Source: an uncultured Rhodopirellula sp. (lineage in GTDB: Bacteria > Planctomycetota > Planctomycetia > Pirellulales > Pirellulaceae). From it: a DNA stretch of 64,000 nt. Under the pieces are notes generated by a model. That model searched no databases. It was not told where the DNA came from and saw only the letters and a program-made list of their open reading frames with translations. Within the stretch, counting starts at the first letter, position 1, and the number at the start of each line of letters is the position of its first letter. Positions 1 through 11,011 of the stretch are shown here, piece after piece. Where the stretch lies: assembly GCA_964007735.1 (NCBI GenBank), contig CAXGAI010000008.1, positions 62,001 to 126,000 of the forward strand. The letters are read 5' to 3'. The translations under genes were made by a program, and so were the position numbers.

Positions 1-2
1 CG

Positions 3-818
3 TTGCGGGGGATTGAATATGAACGAGATCCTATGTTTACTTATGTCCCCAGTCACGGAAATACACCCCACTGGCTGCCCCCTTCCATGTCTGTGCACTA
101 TAAGCAATGGAAACTAATTCGGACTTTCCACTATGGCGAAAATGGCGATCATCAATACCGGCTCTATGATTTACAGAACGATATTGGTGAAAGTAACAAT
201 CTGGTAGCCAGTCGAGATGACGTCGTACAGGAACTTGACAGTCTGATTGACCAGTACATTCAAGACGCGAAGGTTGTCCTTCCTCTGCCAAATCCTAATT
301 TTGATGCCTCCAAGTTCGACGCTTCGCTAATTGGCGTGCAGGCCGGAGGATTAAAAATGCCGCCAGGTTTTAAGACAGTCCATGAAGCTACACCCTCCAC
401 TCCTCCAACAAAACTATCTCCAAAAGGCTTGTTGGGATGGATTTTGAGAGGAGCGGATGTAGAGATGAATACCGATTCACTCAAGCTAACTCCTAATGCC
501 CGGCAACCATTCATGACGATTGCCAATCTTCAACTCACAGGCCCCATCGAGGTTCGAATTCGTATTCGTAGCACCCGCGACGGTGTGGGAAATCTTCAAT
601 GGCGCACACATGAGCAAGAGTTCTTCCCGGAAGCCAAACAACTGCAATCGTTTGAGTTAACCGCTGGAAAATGGCGGGAAGTTAAGCTTCAGCTTGCTAC
701 CGAAGGGAAATTAAAACACGTTCGACTTTTCGTGCCTGCACCAAAAAGCACGACGGAAATAGATTGGATTGAAATTAACTCTAAAAGTAATTCACAAAAG
801 AAACGGTGGGATTTCTAA
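3..818 (+). CDS. Sulfatase C-terminal part plus a beta-sandwich (CBM-like) domain; 5'-truncated by the window edge
   Basis: WKLIR...YRLYDLQNDIGESNNL is a typical sulfatase C-terminal signature. The tail (WREVKL...LKHVRL...EIDWIEI) resembles a CBM-type jelly-roll. The reading frame is open from the window start. Confidence 0.75.
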   Translation: MRGIEYERDPMFTYVPSHGNTPHWLPPSMSVHYKQWKLIRTFHYGENGDHQYRLYDLQNDIGESNNLVASRDDVVQELDSLIDQYIQDAKVVLPLPNPNFDASKFDASLIGVQAGGLKMPPGFKTVHEATPSTPPTKLSPKGLLGWILRGADVEMNTDSLKLTPNARQPFMTIANLQLTGPIEVRIRIRSTRDGVGNLQWRTHEQEFFPEAKQLQSFELTAGKWREVKLQLATEGKLKHVRLFVPAPKSTTEIDWIEINSKSNSQKKRWDF

Positions 819-878
819 AGTGCCACAAAGCCACGTAATCAACAGATTGAACCCTTCCACTCGCATTAAGAACTAAAT

Positions 879-2231
879 ATGTCCAAGACTTTTAAGCGAA
901 AATCCGCCTGCTACTTCACGGCGATTATGTTAGTTTTCATCTTCGCAACCATTACACATGCTGAGGTAAAGCAAGCACCTAATATTGTATTTCTATTTGC
1001 TGACGATCTTGGCTATGCAGACGTTGGTTGCTATGGTCACCCTTACGCTAAAACACCATTCATTGACTTACTCGCCAAAGAAGGGACTCGGTTTACCCAG
1101 TTCTATGTCACCGGCGTAACCTGTAATCCTAGTCGCACGGGAGCGATGACCGGCATCTTTCCCGCACGATTTCCTAAGTATCCCGCAGATTTTGGATTTA
1201 GTGGGCGAACGACGATTACGGAACTACTGAAAGCTCAGGGATACAAGACTGGTCACTTTGGGAAGTGGCACATGGGCCCGGAAGACTCTAACGGGACTTA
1301 CGGTATCGATACCATCAAAACCATCGGTAAAAGTCAGGATTCGTCGAAAGGAAGAGATGATGAACTATACTCGGCCGCCATTAAATTCATCAAAGAGAAT
1401 AAAGCTGGTCCTTTTTATGTCAATATCTGGGGACATTCCACTCACTTTCCTGTGAATACTCCACAATCCCTCGTCAATAAATTCAAAAGTGTACAACTTG
1501 ACCGTAATGATTTTTCCCCCACGATCCAGCAAAAGTTTGATGAAAGCTTTGCCATCAACAAAAATCTTGATGAATCGATGCAACAGTATCTCGGTGATGT
1601 CTATCAAATCGACCTCAATGTCGGCCGCATTCTTAAAACACTGGATGACCTAGGGCTGAAAGAAAACACGATCGTTGTGTTTTCTAGCGACCATGGTCCT
1701 GCACCGGTAAAACTTGGCAGCCAAGGTATTCGGGAATACTCTAAAAATATGTTGGGATATGCCGGGGAATTCCGAGGAGGAAAGCATTCACAATTAGAAG
1801 GAGGTATTCGGGTTCCCTTCATTATCCGGTGGCCGGGGCATGTAAAAGCCGGGCGTGTCGACTCTGAAAACGTCTGTTCGTTCATTGACTGGCTACCAAC
1901 TTTATCTGCCATCGCTGGCGTGAAGCAATTGCCAAACAGACTGGATGGTGAAGACATTTCTACCGCATGGTTTGGCGAGCAACGACAACGTCAGCAAGCT
2001 TTATATTGGAAGACCAGTTCCACCCGAAGTGCGCCGGCGATACGAGTAGGAGATTGGAAAATGCATTTACCTCGTAAAAATCGAGGCTCTATCGAACTGT
2101 ATGATGTGGTGAAGGATCCAGGCGAAAGCAATAACTTGGCAATGGAGTACCCTGAAGTAGTCGCTCTACTTAGGAAACAACTACGCGTATGGGATAGTGA
2201 GTTACCAACGGAATACGCCAAAAAAAAGTAA
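879..2231 (+). CDS. Arylsulfatase-family sulfatase (Cys/formylglycine type), secreted
   Basis: Signal peptide; PNIVFLFADDLG; CNPSR (CxPxR) motif; GHFGKWH; SSDHG. Confidence 0.93.
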   Translation: MSKTFKRKSACYFTAIMLVFIFATITHAEVKQAPNIVFLFADDLGYADVGCYGHPYAKTPFIDLLAKEGTRFTQFYVTGVTCNPSRTGAMTGIFPARFPKYPADFGFSGRTTITELLKAQGYKTGHFGKWHMGPEDSNGTYGIDTIKTIGKSQDSSKGRDDELYSAAIKFIKENKAGPFYVNIWGHSTHFPVNTPQSLVNKFKSVQLDRNDFSPTIQQKFDESFAINKNLDESMQQYLGDVYQIDLNVGRILKTLDDLGLKENTIVVFSSDHGPAPVKLGSQGIREYSKNMLGYAGEFRGGKHSQLEGGIRVPFIIRWPGHVKAGRVDSENVCSFIDWLPTLSAIAGVKQLPNRLDGEDISTAWFGEQRQRQQALYWKTSSTRSAPAIRVGDWKMHLPRKNRGSIELYDVVKDPGESNNLAMEYPEVVALLRKQLRVWDSELPTEYAKKK

Positions 2232-2245
2232 TTCCGACATAACTT

Positions 2246-3352
2246 CTATCGAGTAATTAAATAACTCAACGCTCCCAAAGCCGCTCCGAGTGGCAAAGTC
2301 GTGATCCAGGCAGCCAGAATCTTTCCGATAACAGACCAGTGCCCCTGACCAGTGATCGTTCCTATTCCAAACAACGATCCGCAACTAACGTGAGTGGTAG
2401 AGACAGGTAATCCCCAACGACTGGCACCAATCACAATCAGGCTGGTGATAAAGTTAGCCGAGAAGCCTTGGCCATGATTCATGGGAGTAATTTTTTTAGC
2501 CATCGTTTCGGCAACTCGACGAGCACTTACGATACCTCCCAGGGCGATCGCCATCCCTATCAACGCAGTACTACCAAAAACACCCAAGGCTGGTGCCAGC
2601 ATTAAAAGAGCTGCCATTTTGGGTGTGTCGTTTAAGCCTCTGGCAAAACTAACCATTCCGGCAGACAAAAAATGAAGCCGGTCTAACAACGTGCCACCAT
2701 CGATTCCAAATACCCTGCCCATGTATCTACACTGAAAAGTGACTTTCAGATCATTCTCGGTATTTAGTTCTTTCACTCGTTGGCGCGCAGCTAAAATCGA
2801 TAGACCTTCGTGACTTTCGAGAATCTCACCATTCGCATAAAAACTAACCACTGAATGAACTCCAAACTTTTGCCGAGCCTTGGAAAGAAGAGGGTAAAAC
2901 ACACTGGCAAACCCAAATGCCATGACGGGACTTACCAACAGTGGCAAAAAGAAACCGCTTCCCAGCTTTTCCAACTCGATGGCAGAATCTGCCATCCAGC
3001 CAGCACCCACCAAAGCACCAACTAAACTATGCGTGGTAGAGATTGGCATACCGATCCAGGTTGCCAGCAAGACCGTAAGCCCTGCGCCGAGAGCAACGGC
3101 TGCTCCATATTCGGTCGTCACCGCTAATTCAGAACTGACGAGTCCCTTGCCTGAGAAACTTTTAATCAATATTTCGGCTAAGAACACGGCCGTCAGAGAG
3201 CCCAGCAAGGTGGTAATCGTTGCCCATCCTAATGCTCGGCGATAGTGTGTCGTGCCACTGCCAAAGAGCGTTGCCACTCCTTTAAAGTTATCGTTCGCTC
3301 CATTAGCGTAGGCCAAACACAAAGTTGTTATCAGGATGAGTACGATTGCCAT
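2246..3352 (-). CDS. PiT-family inorganic phosphate/anion permease
   Basis: GAND motif, PISTTH and PVSTTH repeats, GLND in the second half. ATG at 3352 is preferred over the TTG at 3391 in the ORF track. Confidence 0.88.
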   Translation of the reverse strand: MAIVLILITTLCLAYANGANDNFKGVATLFGSGTTHYRRALGWATITTLLGSLTAVFLAEILIKSFSGKGLVSSELAVTTEYGAAVALGAGLTVLLATWIGMPISTTHSLVGALVGAGWMADSAIELEKLGSGFFLPLLVSPVMAFGFASVFYPLLSKARQKFGVHSVVSFYANGEILESHEGLSILAARQRVKELNTENDLKVTFQCRYMGRVFGIDGGTLLDRLHFLSAGMVSFARGLNDTPKMAALLMLAPALGVFGSTALIGMAIALGGIVSARRVAETMAKKITPMNHGQGFSANFITSLIVIGASRWGLPVSTTHVSCGSLFGIGTITGQGHWSVIGKILAAWITTLPLGAALGALSYLITR

Positions 3353-3592
3353 GATGAAACAGAGTATGGTTCGACAGACCTCGCTCGTCAATGCAGTGAA
3401 TCATTGATCGGAAAGGAAGAAGCATCGAATACTAACAATGGGGTTACGGGCTTGCCCTTATCGTTTGATATAATCACCCTATAATAGCAAAAGACTTGTC
3501 GTTTTCGACCGAATCATTGAGATCTCCATGCCGATCGGCAAGCAGGATGAATCCAACTTCTAAACAAATCAAATATCATCTGGAGACGATTA

Positions 3593-4726
3593 ATGGATCG
3601 CCGGACTTTTTTAACAGCATCAACTGCCTTAGTCACCACGGTAACACTACAGGCTAATGAGGGGCAAACATTGAGAGTCTACTACGGAACGAAAAATCAA
3701 TCCGGCAGTGAGGGGATTTACACGGGCACGATGGATTTAGTCACCGGTAAACTGTCTGCTGTTAAACTTGCCGCCCGTGCCGAAAATCCAGGTTTTCTGG
3801 CTATTAGTCAAAGCAAAAGACATCTTTATGCCGTTGCATCAGGCAAAAACGGTCAGAAGATTGTTGCCTATAGGATCCATCCAGATTCAGGAGTATTAAC
3901 TGAACTCAATAGCCAGGAAACGGGGGGAGCTAATCCCTGCCATGTCTCCGTTGGCCCTGATGATCAATATGTTGTTTATGCAAATTACACGGGTGGTAGT
4001 TGTGGCCTCATCCCTCTCGCTAGAGATGGTTCCCTCGAAAAACCAGCAAGCTTCTTTCAACATCAGGGAGGTAGCGGAGTGAATGACCAACGTCAGGGAG
4101 AACCACACCCGCACTCAGCCAAAACAGACCCGTCTGGTCAATTCGTTGTTGTTCCGGATCTAGGACAAGACAAAGTTCAAATCTATCGTCTTGGCAAGAA
4201 CAAGAAATCCATGAAGCCCAACGAACCTGCCTTTGCAACAATGCCGGCAGGAGGCGGACCTCGCCATGTTAGCTTTGATGCTAACGGGCGTTGGATGTAC
4301 GTGAACAACGAGTTGACCTCAGCTGTAACGATGTTTGAATTCGATAAGGAAACTGGTTCAACAAAGGCTTTGCAGACGATCACCACCTTGCCTGAAGGTT
4401 ACGAGGAGAATAATTCAACTGCCGAAGTACTGGTGCACCCTAGTGACAGGTTCTTGTATTGTTCTAATCGAGGGCACAACAGTATTGCCTCGTTTAAGAT
4501 AAATCAAAAAAACGGCAAACTTAAATCAACGGGACATTGCAGTAGCGGCGGCAACACACCTCGCAATTTTGGAATCACACCCGACGGTCGATTTGTCGTT
4601 GCAGCTAACCAAAACAGTGACAATGTAGACGTACTTTCCATCGACCAGCGTTCCGGAGTTTTATCCTCTACCGGCGTCAGTATCAAAGTACCGCATTGTA
4701 TCTGTGTGCGATTTCTAGAACTCTAA
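3593..4726 (+). CDS. Lactonase family beta-propeller (6-phosphogluconolactonase-like) with Tat signal
   Basis: MDRRTFL twin-arginine leader; ANYTGG, PHPH, GPRH, SNRGHNSIA and PRNF motifs of the YbhE/Pgl family. Confidence 0.9.
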   Translation: MDRRTFLTASTALVTTVTLQANEGQTLRVYYGTKNQSGSEGIYTGTMDLVTGKLSAVKLAARAENPGFLAISQSKRHLYAVASGKNGQKIVAYRIHPDSGVLTELNSQETGGANPCHVSVGPDDQYVVYANYTGGSCGLIPLARDGSLEKPASFFQHQGGSGVNDQRQGEPHPHSAKTDPSGQFVVVPDLGQDKVQIYRLGKNKKSMKPNEPAFATMPAGGGPRHVSFDANGRWMYVNNELTSAVTMFEFDKETGSTKALQTITTLPEGYEENNSTAEVLVHPSDRFLYCSNRGHNSIASFKINQKNGKLKSTGHCSSGGNTPRNFGITPDGRFVVAANQNSDNVDVLSIDQRSGVLSSTGVSIKVPHCICVRFLEL

Positions 4727-4769
4727 AAATCCTGATTGACGACACGTTCATAGCAATGGAAATTCTGTA

Positions 4770-6653
4770 ATGACCTTCAAACGGCAATTCATGGTTTTCT
4801 GGCTTCTATTTCTTTTTGGACTACAAGCCTATGCCGGGGATCGACCCAACGTCTTATTCATCATCGTTGATGATCTCAACGACATGCCGCTGCATCCAAC
4901 CGGAAAACCACTCGTACCAACGCCGAATTTTGATCGGCTGGCCAAACAAGGGGTAAGCTTTACTAATGCCCACTGCAATGATCCAATCTGCGCTCCATCG
5001 CGATCTAGCATGCTCACTGGACTCTATCCGCAGACTTCCAGCCTGTACTGGTTTGAAGACTACCGAGAAAATGCCGTACTAAGTCGATCCAAAACACTGA
5101 CGGAACATTTAGCAACGAACGGATATGACGTTTATAGCGTTGGAAAGATCTATCATGGCAATCAGGATCCCAAAGGGTTCTTTGCTAGCAAAGGCCCCGG
5201 CGGAAACATTGGACCCTGGCCATGGGATGGAACAAAAGCGACGCAGCGAGGGCTTATTCCGCACCCCCAACAAATGTTTTTCTATGCCGATGACGCCGAT
5301 CCGGACATGGACTACAAATGGGAACACACTTTTGGGCCCCTCTCTCTGATTCCTACGTACCCGGCTGACAAAGCCAATGGCATCCCCGGCTATAAAGGTT
5401 GGAGGTTATCAGGAAAACCATGGCGATATGTATCAGACGAAAATCGTGACGCCATGCCCGATGAAATGAACGCCCAATGGGCTTCTGAGATCCTAAACCA
5501 ACAAAACCTTGATAAGCCCTTTGTCCTCTTCACTGGTTTCAGCCGAACACACACTCCGCTGTACGCTCCGCAAAAATACTTCGATAGGTTCCCGCTCGAT
5601 TCCATCGAGATTCCCAAGGGATATAGGGAAGGTGATTTGAAAGACTGTGCACCCAGTCTGGCAAATACCAGTCTCTATGCTTTCCGTAGATATCAGATGC
5701 TGTTCAAACACAAGGATCGCCCTCAACTTTTCAAACAATGGCTGCAGGCATACATGGCCTGTGTAGCCTTCATCGATGATCAGGTAGGTACCGTACTCGA
5801 TGCATTGGAAGCAAGCTCCCACGCCGACGATACGATTGTCATTCTCACTAGCGACCATGGTTTTCATGTGGGAGATAAAGAATCAATCTACAAGCAAACA
5901 CTTTGGGATAGCGGAACCCGCATCCCGTTGATCATCTCCGGACTTGAAGGGATGCCTCAGAACGTCATTTGTAAAAAGCCGGTCTCACTGATTGATATCT
6001 ATCCGACTTTCATTGATTTCTGTGAACTACCGGAAGATCCTCATCAAGGACGGTCAGGGTATCCTCTCGATGGCCACAGCATTAAGCCTCTTATCCTCAA
6101 TCCAAAAGCCGACTGGTCCGGCCCGAATGTTGCCATTACAGCCTTGCCCGGAAAAGATCACAGCCAGCACCGTGAACACATTGGCACCCTGTACCCTCAC
6201 TTTTCAGTTCGTTCTGAAGACTGGCGGTACAGCTTAACATCGGACGGACATGAAGAACTTTACCACTATCCAAATGATCCTTATGAGTTTACAAATCTGG
6301 CAAATAAACGAGAATTCGCCGACATCCAGGCTGAACTCAAAAAGCAACTCATCGAATTACGTGATGGCCCCCTTTGGGCAGAGGTCGATGCCTTACCTGA
6401 AAATAAACTGTCAGGTTTCGAGTTAATGGCAGAAGTCAAAGGGGAATCCATCATTCATCTAGGCGAAATCGAAGTTGCAAAGATCATTACAAAACAACGT
6501 GCTTCCGTTCGTATTCGTGCTGCTGGCAATCGCTGTCAGGTTTGGATGAATAACCGGGTCTACGCCGACGAGATATTTGATCAGGCTTTAGCGCCCGGTA
6601 AAATCACTAGTTCTAATAAGAACTTGCGAGATATCAGAATTCGCAAACTATAA
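4770..6653 (+). CDS. Sulfatase (iduronate-2-sulfatase-like) with C-terminal extension
   Basis: PNVLFIIVDDLN; CAPSRSSMLTG; GKIYH; TSDHGFH. Confidence 0.92.
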   Translation: MTFKRQFMVFWLLFLFGLQAYAGDRPNVLFIIVDDLNDMPLHPTGKPLVPTPNFDRLAKQGVSFTNAHCNDPICAPSRSSMLTGLYPQTSSLYWFEDYRENAVLSRSKTLTEHLATNGYDVYSVGKIYHGNQDPKGFFASKGPGGNIGPWPWDGTKATQRGLIPHPQQMFFYADDADPDMDYKWEHTFGPLSLIPTYPADKANGIPGYKGWRLSGKPWRYVSDENRDAMPDEMNAQWASEILNQQNLDKPFVLFTGFSRTHTPLYAPQKYFDRFPLDSIEIPKGYREGDLKDCAPSLANTSLYAFRRYQMLFKHKDRPQLFKQWLQAYMACVAFIDDQVGTVLDALEASSHADDTIVILTSDHGFHVGDKESIYKQTLWDSGTRIPLIISGLEGMPQNVICKKPVSLIDIYPTFIDFCELPEDPHQGRSGYPLDGHSIKPLILNPKADWSGPNVAITALPGKDHSQHREHIGTLYPHFSVRSEDWRYSLTSDGHEELYHYPNDPYEFTNLANKREFADIQAELKKQLIELRDGPLWAEVDALPENKLSGFELMAEVKGESIIHLGEIEVAKIITKQRASVRIRAAGNRCQVWMNNRVYADEIFDQALAPGKITSSNKNLRDIRIRKL

Positions 6654-6667
6654 ATAAAAAAATCTAG

Positions 6668-9457
6668 ATGACTATGAAAAATCAATCGATTAAACGGCAG
6701 TTCTGGCTCTCGGTCTTGGCAGTGCCTCTGGTATTCTGTTTGCAGGCAATCTGCGCTGCGCAACAAGTCGAATTTGAAAGCGACATTGCTCCGATCTTGA
6801 AGAATCGCTGCTGGGATTGTCACAACGCCGAAACTCAGGAAGGAGAATTGAGACTCGACAGATTACAAGGCATACTCAAGGGAGGGGGCTCGGGAATTGC
6901 AGCTGTCGTCCCTGGCCAGCCTGAGCAGAGTTACCTGATTGAGGTGATTTCTCATCTCGATCCCGATCTCAAGATGCCTCCTGATCAGGATAAAATCCCC
7001 GGCAAAGAAATCGATCTGTTAAAGCAGTGGATCAAAGAAGGAGCTAAGTGGCCCGGCCAGCAGGGAATTACCAAAGGTATCCAATCAGACCACTGGTCAT
7101 TTCAGCCCGTGGTTCGCTCGGAGATCCCGAAAACCAACGGGAGTTATAATCCGATCGATGCATTCTTATTGGCTTCCCTTAAAGAACAGGGACTCGAGTT
7201 TTCAAAACCTGCAGAAACGACTGCACTCTTGCGTCGTGCTTCCATCGTCCTCACGGGCTTAATGCCAACTCCGGAAGAGACTGCTGCATTTCAGGCATCC
7301 TGGAAACAAGACGCTGAAAAAGCATATGCCAATTTGATTGACCGGCTTATGAGTAGTCCACACTTTGGTGAACGATGGGCACAACACTGGCTAGACGTCA
7401 TTCGCTGGGCAGAAACGAATGGTTCGGAAGCAAATCTTTATCGCAAGAATGCTTGGGTATACCGCGACTACGTTGTGCGGGCATTCAACGAAGATAAGCC
7501 ATACGACCAATTCATACGCGAGCAAATTGCTGGGGATTCACTAGGTTCCGGCGAAGCCACGGGTTTTCTCGTTTCCGGCCCTCACGTTCCCGCCGCCACG
7601 GTAGGCCGGGAGCCCGCCGCTATCCGTCAAGCACGCGCTGATCGCATGGACGAAATCGTTCAAACCGTCGGCGCTTCCGTAATGGGTGTTACGATTGGTT
7701 GTGCCCGATGTCATAACCATAAATTCGATCCAATCTCACTAAAAGATTACTATGCACTTACGGCTATCTTTCAGGATCTGGAATTCGGTGGTCGGCAACC
7801 GGAATTTGCAAATGATCATCCTCTCAAACGCCGGGGCGATGAATTACTGGCACAAATTGATGAACTCCGTAAAGACCTTCGGGGCTTCGGAGGCTGGGAA
7901 GAAGATTGGGGTGCTTATCGGGAAATGCACTTCCCGGCAGTGAGAACCAAGGCGGTACGACTTCGGTTTAAAACAACCTATGTCGGACTGGACGAACTCG
8001 AGATCTACGGGCCCACGAATGTTGGAAATAATTTTGCCTTACCAATCAATGGCACAAAACTGTCTGGATTCCCTGAAGCCGGAATTGAAAACAGGAATCC
8101 ACTGGAGCGTGTTACCGATGGCGAATATGGCACCATGGCCTGGCGCGCTCGCGTCGCTAAAGATGCGGAACAATATCCCTCCATTCAACTCGACTTTAAC
8201 GAGATAAGACATGTCGACCGCCTAAGAATCAGTAGTAACCGCGAATACTATTATGACACCGACTATCTGGAACGCATGCCGACACTGCCGAGATATGAGT
8301 TCGACCTTGATTACCAAAAGGACGATGGTACCTGGCAACCTTGGGTTGGAACCTGGTATGTGAACAAAAAGCTCAACGAAAAGCATCCTGAGCGCCAAAA
8401 AACCATCCAACGTGTTCAAAACTTGATCTCAAGATTCTCTGTAGAAGGTCCTCAACCAAGCTTTGTTGGGCGATTTATAGAGCCTGAGGTTACCCATGTC
8501 TTACTGCGTGGCAGCCCCGAAAGCCCACGCGATGAAGTGAATCCAGCAGGTATCGAACTATTCCATGGTGAACTGGGTCTGACCTCAAAGACTCCCGGAG
8601 CTAATCGACGGATCGCTTTTGCGAAGTGGCTCACTGGGGAACAAACCCCGTTAACAACACGCGTGATGGTCAACCGTATTTGGCACCATATCTTTGGGAC
8701 CGGAATTGTCGCGACGACCGGAGACTTTGGTAGTGCCGGAGCGATGCCGACACATCCCGAATTACTCGAATGGTTGGCTGCCGAATTTCTGGAACCCACG
8801 CAAGATGAAAATGCCCCTGATTGGTCAATGCATCACATGATTAGAATGATGGTCATGTCAAAAGCATTCCGGCAATCAAGCACTCCAAATCAAAAGGGAC
8901 TGACCAAAGATGCTAATGCCCGTTTACTGTGGAGATTCCCACCGAAGCGAGTCGAAGCAGAAGTTATTCGAGACTCGATCCTTCGTGCTTCCGGAAAACT
9001 GAATGAGGACATCGGTGGCAAAAGCTATCGAATACACAATGAGAAGAAAACCTATGCTCAGTGGGAAGTGGTCGACAACCATGGTCCACACACTTGGAGA
9101 CGCATGCTATATCAAGAAAGAATGCGGCGAGTCGATGATGGGATTTTTACCGCCTTTGACTTCCCGGACTGCGGACAAGTGAGAGCCAGGCGACCTGTAT
9201 CAACCACACCGCTACAAGCCTTAAATCTACTCAATAGTCCGTTTGTCATTGAGCAAACTCAATTCATTGCACAACGTGCCTTGGTTCTGGCTGAGAACGA
9301 CCAGGAAGCGGCCGTCAAAAATTGCTTTGAGTTAATTCTAGGACGCTTACCCGTCGCGGAAGAACTCACTGTTTGCCTACAAATCATCGAGCAAGGAGAT
9401 CTCTCCTTGGTTTGCCGTGCTTTGCTTAACTCCAATGAATTCGCATTTCTGCCGTAA
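6668..9457 (+). CDS. PSD1/planctomycete cytochrome c domain protein (DUF1549/DUF1553)
   Basis: N-terminal CWDCH; HWSFQP; GERWAQHWLD; CARCHNHKFDP; PTHPELLEWLA; TTPLQAL. Confidence 0.92.
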   Translation: MTMKNQSIKRQFWLSVLAVPLVFCLQAICAAQQVEFESDIAPILKNRCWDCHNAETQEGELRLDRLQGILKGGGSGIAAVVPGQPEQSYLIEVISHLDPDLKMPPDQDKIPGKEIDLLKQWIKEGAKWPGQQGITKGIQSDHWSFQPVVRSEIPKTNGSYNPIDAFLLASLKEQGLEFSKPAETTALLRRASIVLTGLMPTPEETAAFQASWKQDAEKAYANLIDRLMSSPHFGERWAQHWLDVIRWAETNGSEANLYRKNAWVYRDYVVRAFNEDKPYDQFIREQIAGDSLGSGEATGFLVSGPHVPAATVGREPAAIRQARADRMDEIVQTVGASVMGVTIGCARCHNHKFDPISLKDYYALTAIFQDLEFGGRQPEFANDHPLKRRGDELLAQIDELRKDLRGFGGWEEDWGAYREMHFPAVRTKAVRLRFKTTYVGLDELEIYGPTNVGNNFALPINGTKLSGFPEAGIENRNPLERVTDGEYGTMAWRARVAKDAEQYPSIQLDFNEIRHVDRLRISSNREYYYDTDYLERMPTLPRYEFDLDYQKDDGTWQPWVGTWYVNKKLNEKHPERQKTIQRVQNLISRFSVEGPQPSFVGRFIEPEVTHVLLRGSPESPRDEVNPAGIELFHGELGLTSKTPGANRRIAFAKWLTGEQTPLTTRVMVNRIWHHIFGTGIVATTGDFGSAGAMPTHPELLEWLAAEFLEPTQDENAPDWSMHHMIRMMVMSKAFRQSSTPNQKGLTKDANARLLWRFPPKRVEAEVIRDSILRASGKLNEDIGGKSYRIHNEKKTYAQWEVVDNHGPHTWRRMLYQERMRRVDDGIFTAFDFPDCGQVRARRPVSTTPLQALNLLNSPFVIEQTQFIAQRALVLAENDQEAAVKNCFELILGRLPVAEELTVCLQIIEQGDLSLVCRALLNSNEFAFLP

Positions 9458-9498
9458 GGTGTGACCGCTCCACGCAATCTACACTAACAAATACCATT

Positions 9499-11001
9499 AT
9501 GAGTAATCCTGAAAACTTATCACTGCTTGGACAACGACTCCTCAACCGTAGGAACTTTCTCGGAACTGCCGGATTGTCGGCCTCCGGTCTTGGATTAGCA
9601 AGCATATTAAACACTGACGGTCTTTTAGCAGATGTGCCAAAAACTGCAGGTGGGGAAAAGCCAATCCGGCCATCGATTAACCCCCATAACCCCTACGCAG
9701 GACGCGAAGCCCACTTCGATGTGCCTGCTAAACAGGTATTGGTAATTTATCTGCCCGGCGCAATTAGCCACGTCGATACATTCGATTACAAACCCGCCCT
9801 CGGGAAACTACATGGACAAAAACCACCCAACCTCCCGAAAGTTACTTTTGAAGGGCCTTCAGGTAACATTGCGAAACCATTCTGGGACTTCAAGCCTCAT
9901 GGCGAAACCGGTAAAATGGTTTCAGATCTACTTCCTCATCTTGCTCAACAAGTAGACGATTTCTGCTTCGTCCATTCGATGACTACGGAGACAAGTGCTC
10001 ATCCCCAGGGCGAGAATTTCATGAACACAGGCTTCACAATGGAAGGTTTTCCTTCCTTTGGTTCCTGGGTGACCTATGCACTCGGCACGGAAGCTCAGGA
10101 ATTACCTGCCTTCGTCGCAATCAATGATCCTCGCGGATTAGCTCGAAGCGGTAAGAACAACTTCGGTAATGGCTTCCTACCTGCCGCATTTCAGGGAACA
10201 GACTTTAATGCCAAAAACCCACCGAATAACCTGCATCGCCCGAGGGAACTATCAGCCAGGGCTGATCGTGGAACCCTGGATCTACTAAAGCATCTAAACG
10301 CCCGTCACCTAGAAAAATACCCTGACGATGCTAATCTAGCCGGACGAATTGCCAGCTATGAATTGGCCGGACGCATGCAAATATCCGTCCCTGAAATCAT
10401 GAATTTGGCTGACGAGACAGAAACCACACTCAACGCGTATGGTATTGAAGGTGGTTCAGAATTACGTGGGCAATATGCCCAAAACTGTATCCTGGCCCGC
10501 CGGCTACTGGAGAAAGGAGTCCGAGTCGTTCAACTGTTCAATGGAAGTGATCCGTCAGGGGGAAACGGCGTCACGAACTGGGACTCGCATTCGAATATTC
10601 TTAACACCCATGCCATGCAGGCTGAAATTATGGATCAACCTACCGCAGCATTACTCGCTGATCTGAAACAACGAGGCATGATGGAGAACACGCTGGTAGT
10701 CTGGGCCACCGAATTCGGACGTATGCCCTTCCTGCAATCCAACGGGACAGGAAGGGATCATAACCCAAATGCCTTTACCTGCTTCCTGACCGGAGCAGGT
10801 GTTAAACATGGCTTTAGTTACGGAGAGAGTGACGAATTCGGATTTAAGGCCGCGGTCGACAAAACAACCGTCCATGACTTCAATGCGACACTACTGCACC
10901 TAATGGGATTAAACCACGAACGACTCACCTTTTATCACAACGGCCTCGAACGACGGCTTACCAACGTACACGGCCATGTGATCAAAGAGGTCATTGCATA
11001 G
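9499..11001 (+). CDS. DUF1501 domain protein (Tat-exported)
   Basis: NRRNFL; SHVDTFDYKP; WDSH; EFGRMP; GRDHNP; RLTNVHG. Lies directly after a PSD1 gene. Confidence 0.92.
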   Translation: MSNPENLSLLGQRLLNRRNFLGTAGLSASGLGLASILNTDGLLADVPKTAGGEKPIRPSINPHNPYAGREAHFDVPAKQVLVIYLPGAISHVDTFDYKPALGKLHGQKPPNLPKVTFEGPSGNIAKPFWDFKPHGETGKMVSDLLPHLAQQVDDFCFVHSMTTETSAHPQGENFMNTGFTMEGFPSFGSWVTYALGTEAQELPAFVAINDPRGLARSGKNNFGNGFLPAAFQGTDFNAKNPPNNLHRPRELSARADRGTLDLLKHLNARHLEKYPDDANLAGRIASYELAGRMQISVPEIMNLADETETTLNAYGIEGGSELRGQYAQNCILARRLLEKGVRVVQLFNGSDPSGGNGVTNWDSHSNILNTHAMQAEIMDQPTAALLADLKQRGMMENTLVVWATEFGRMPFLQSNGTGRDHNPNAFTCFLTGAGVKHGFSYGESDEFGFKAAVDKTTVHDFNATLLHLMGLNHERLTFYHNGLERRLTNVHGHVIKEVIA

Positions 11002-11011
11002 AAAAGACTCG

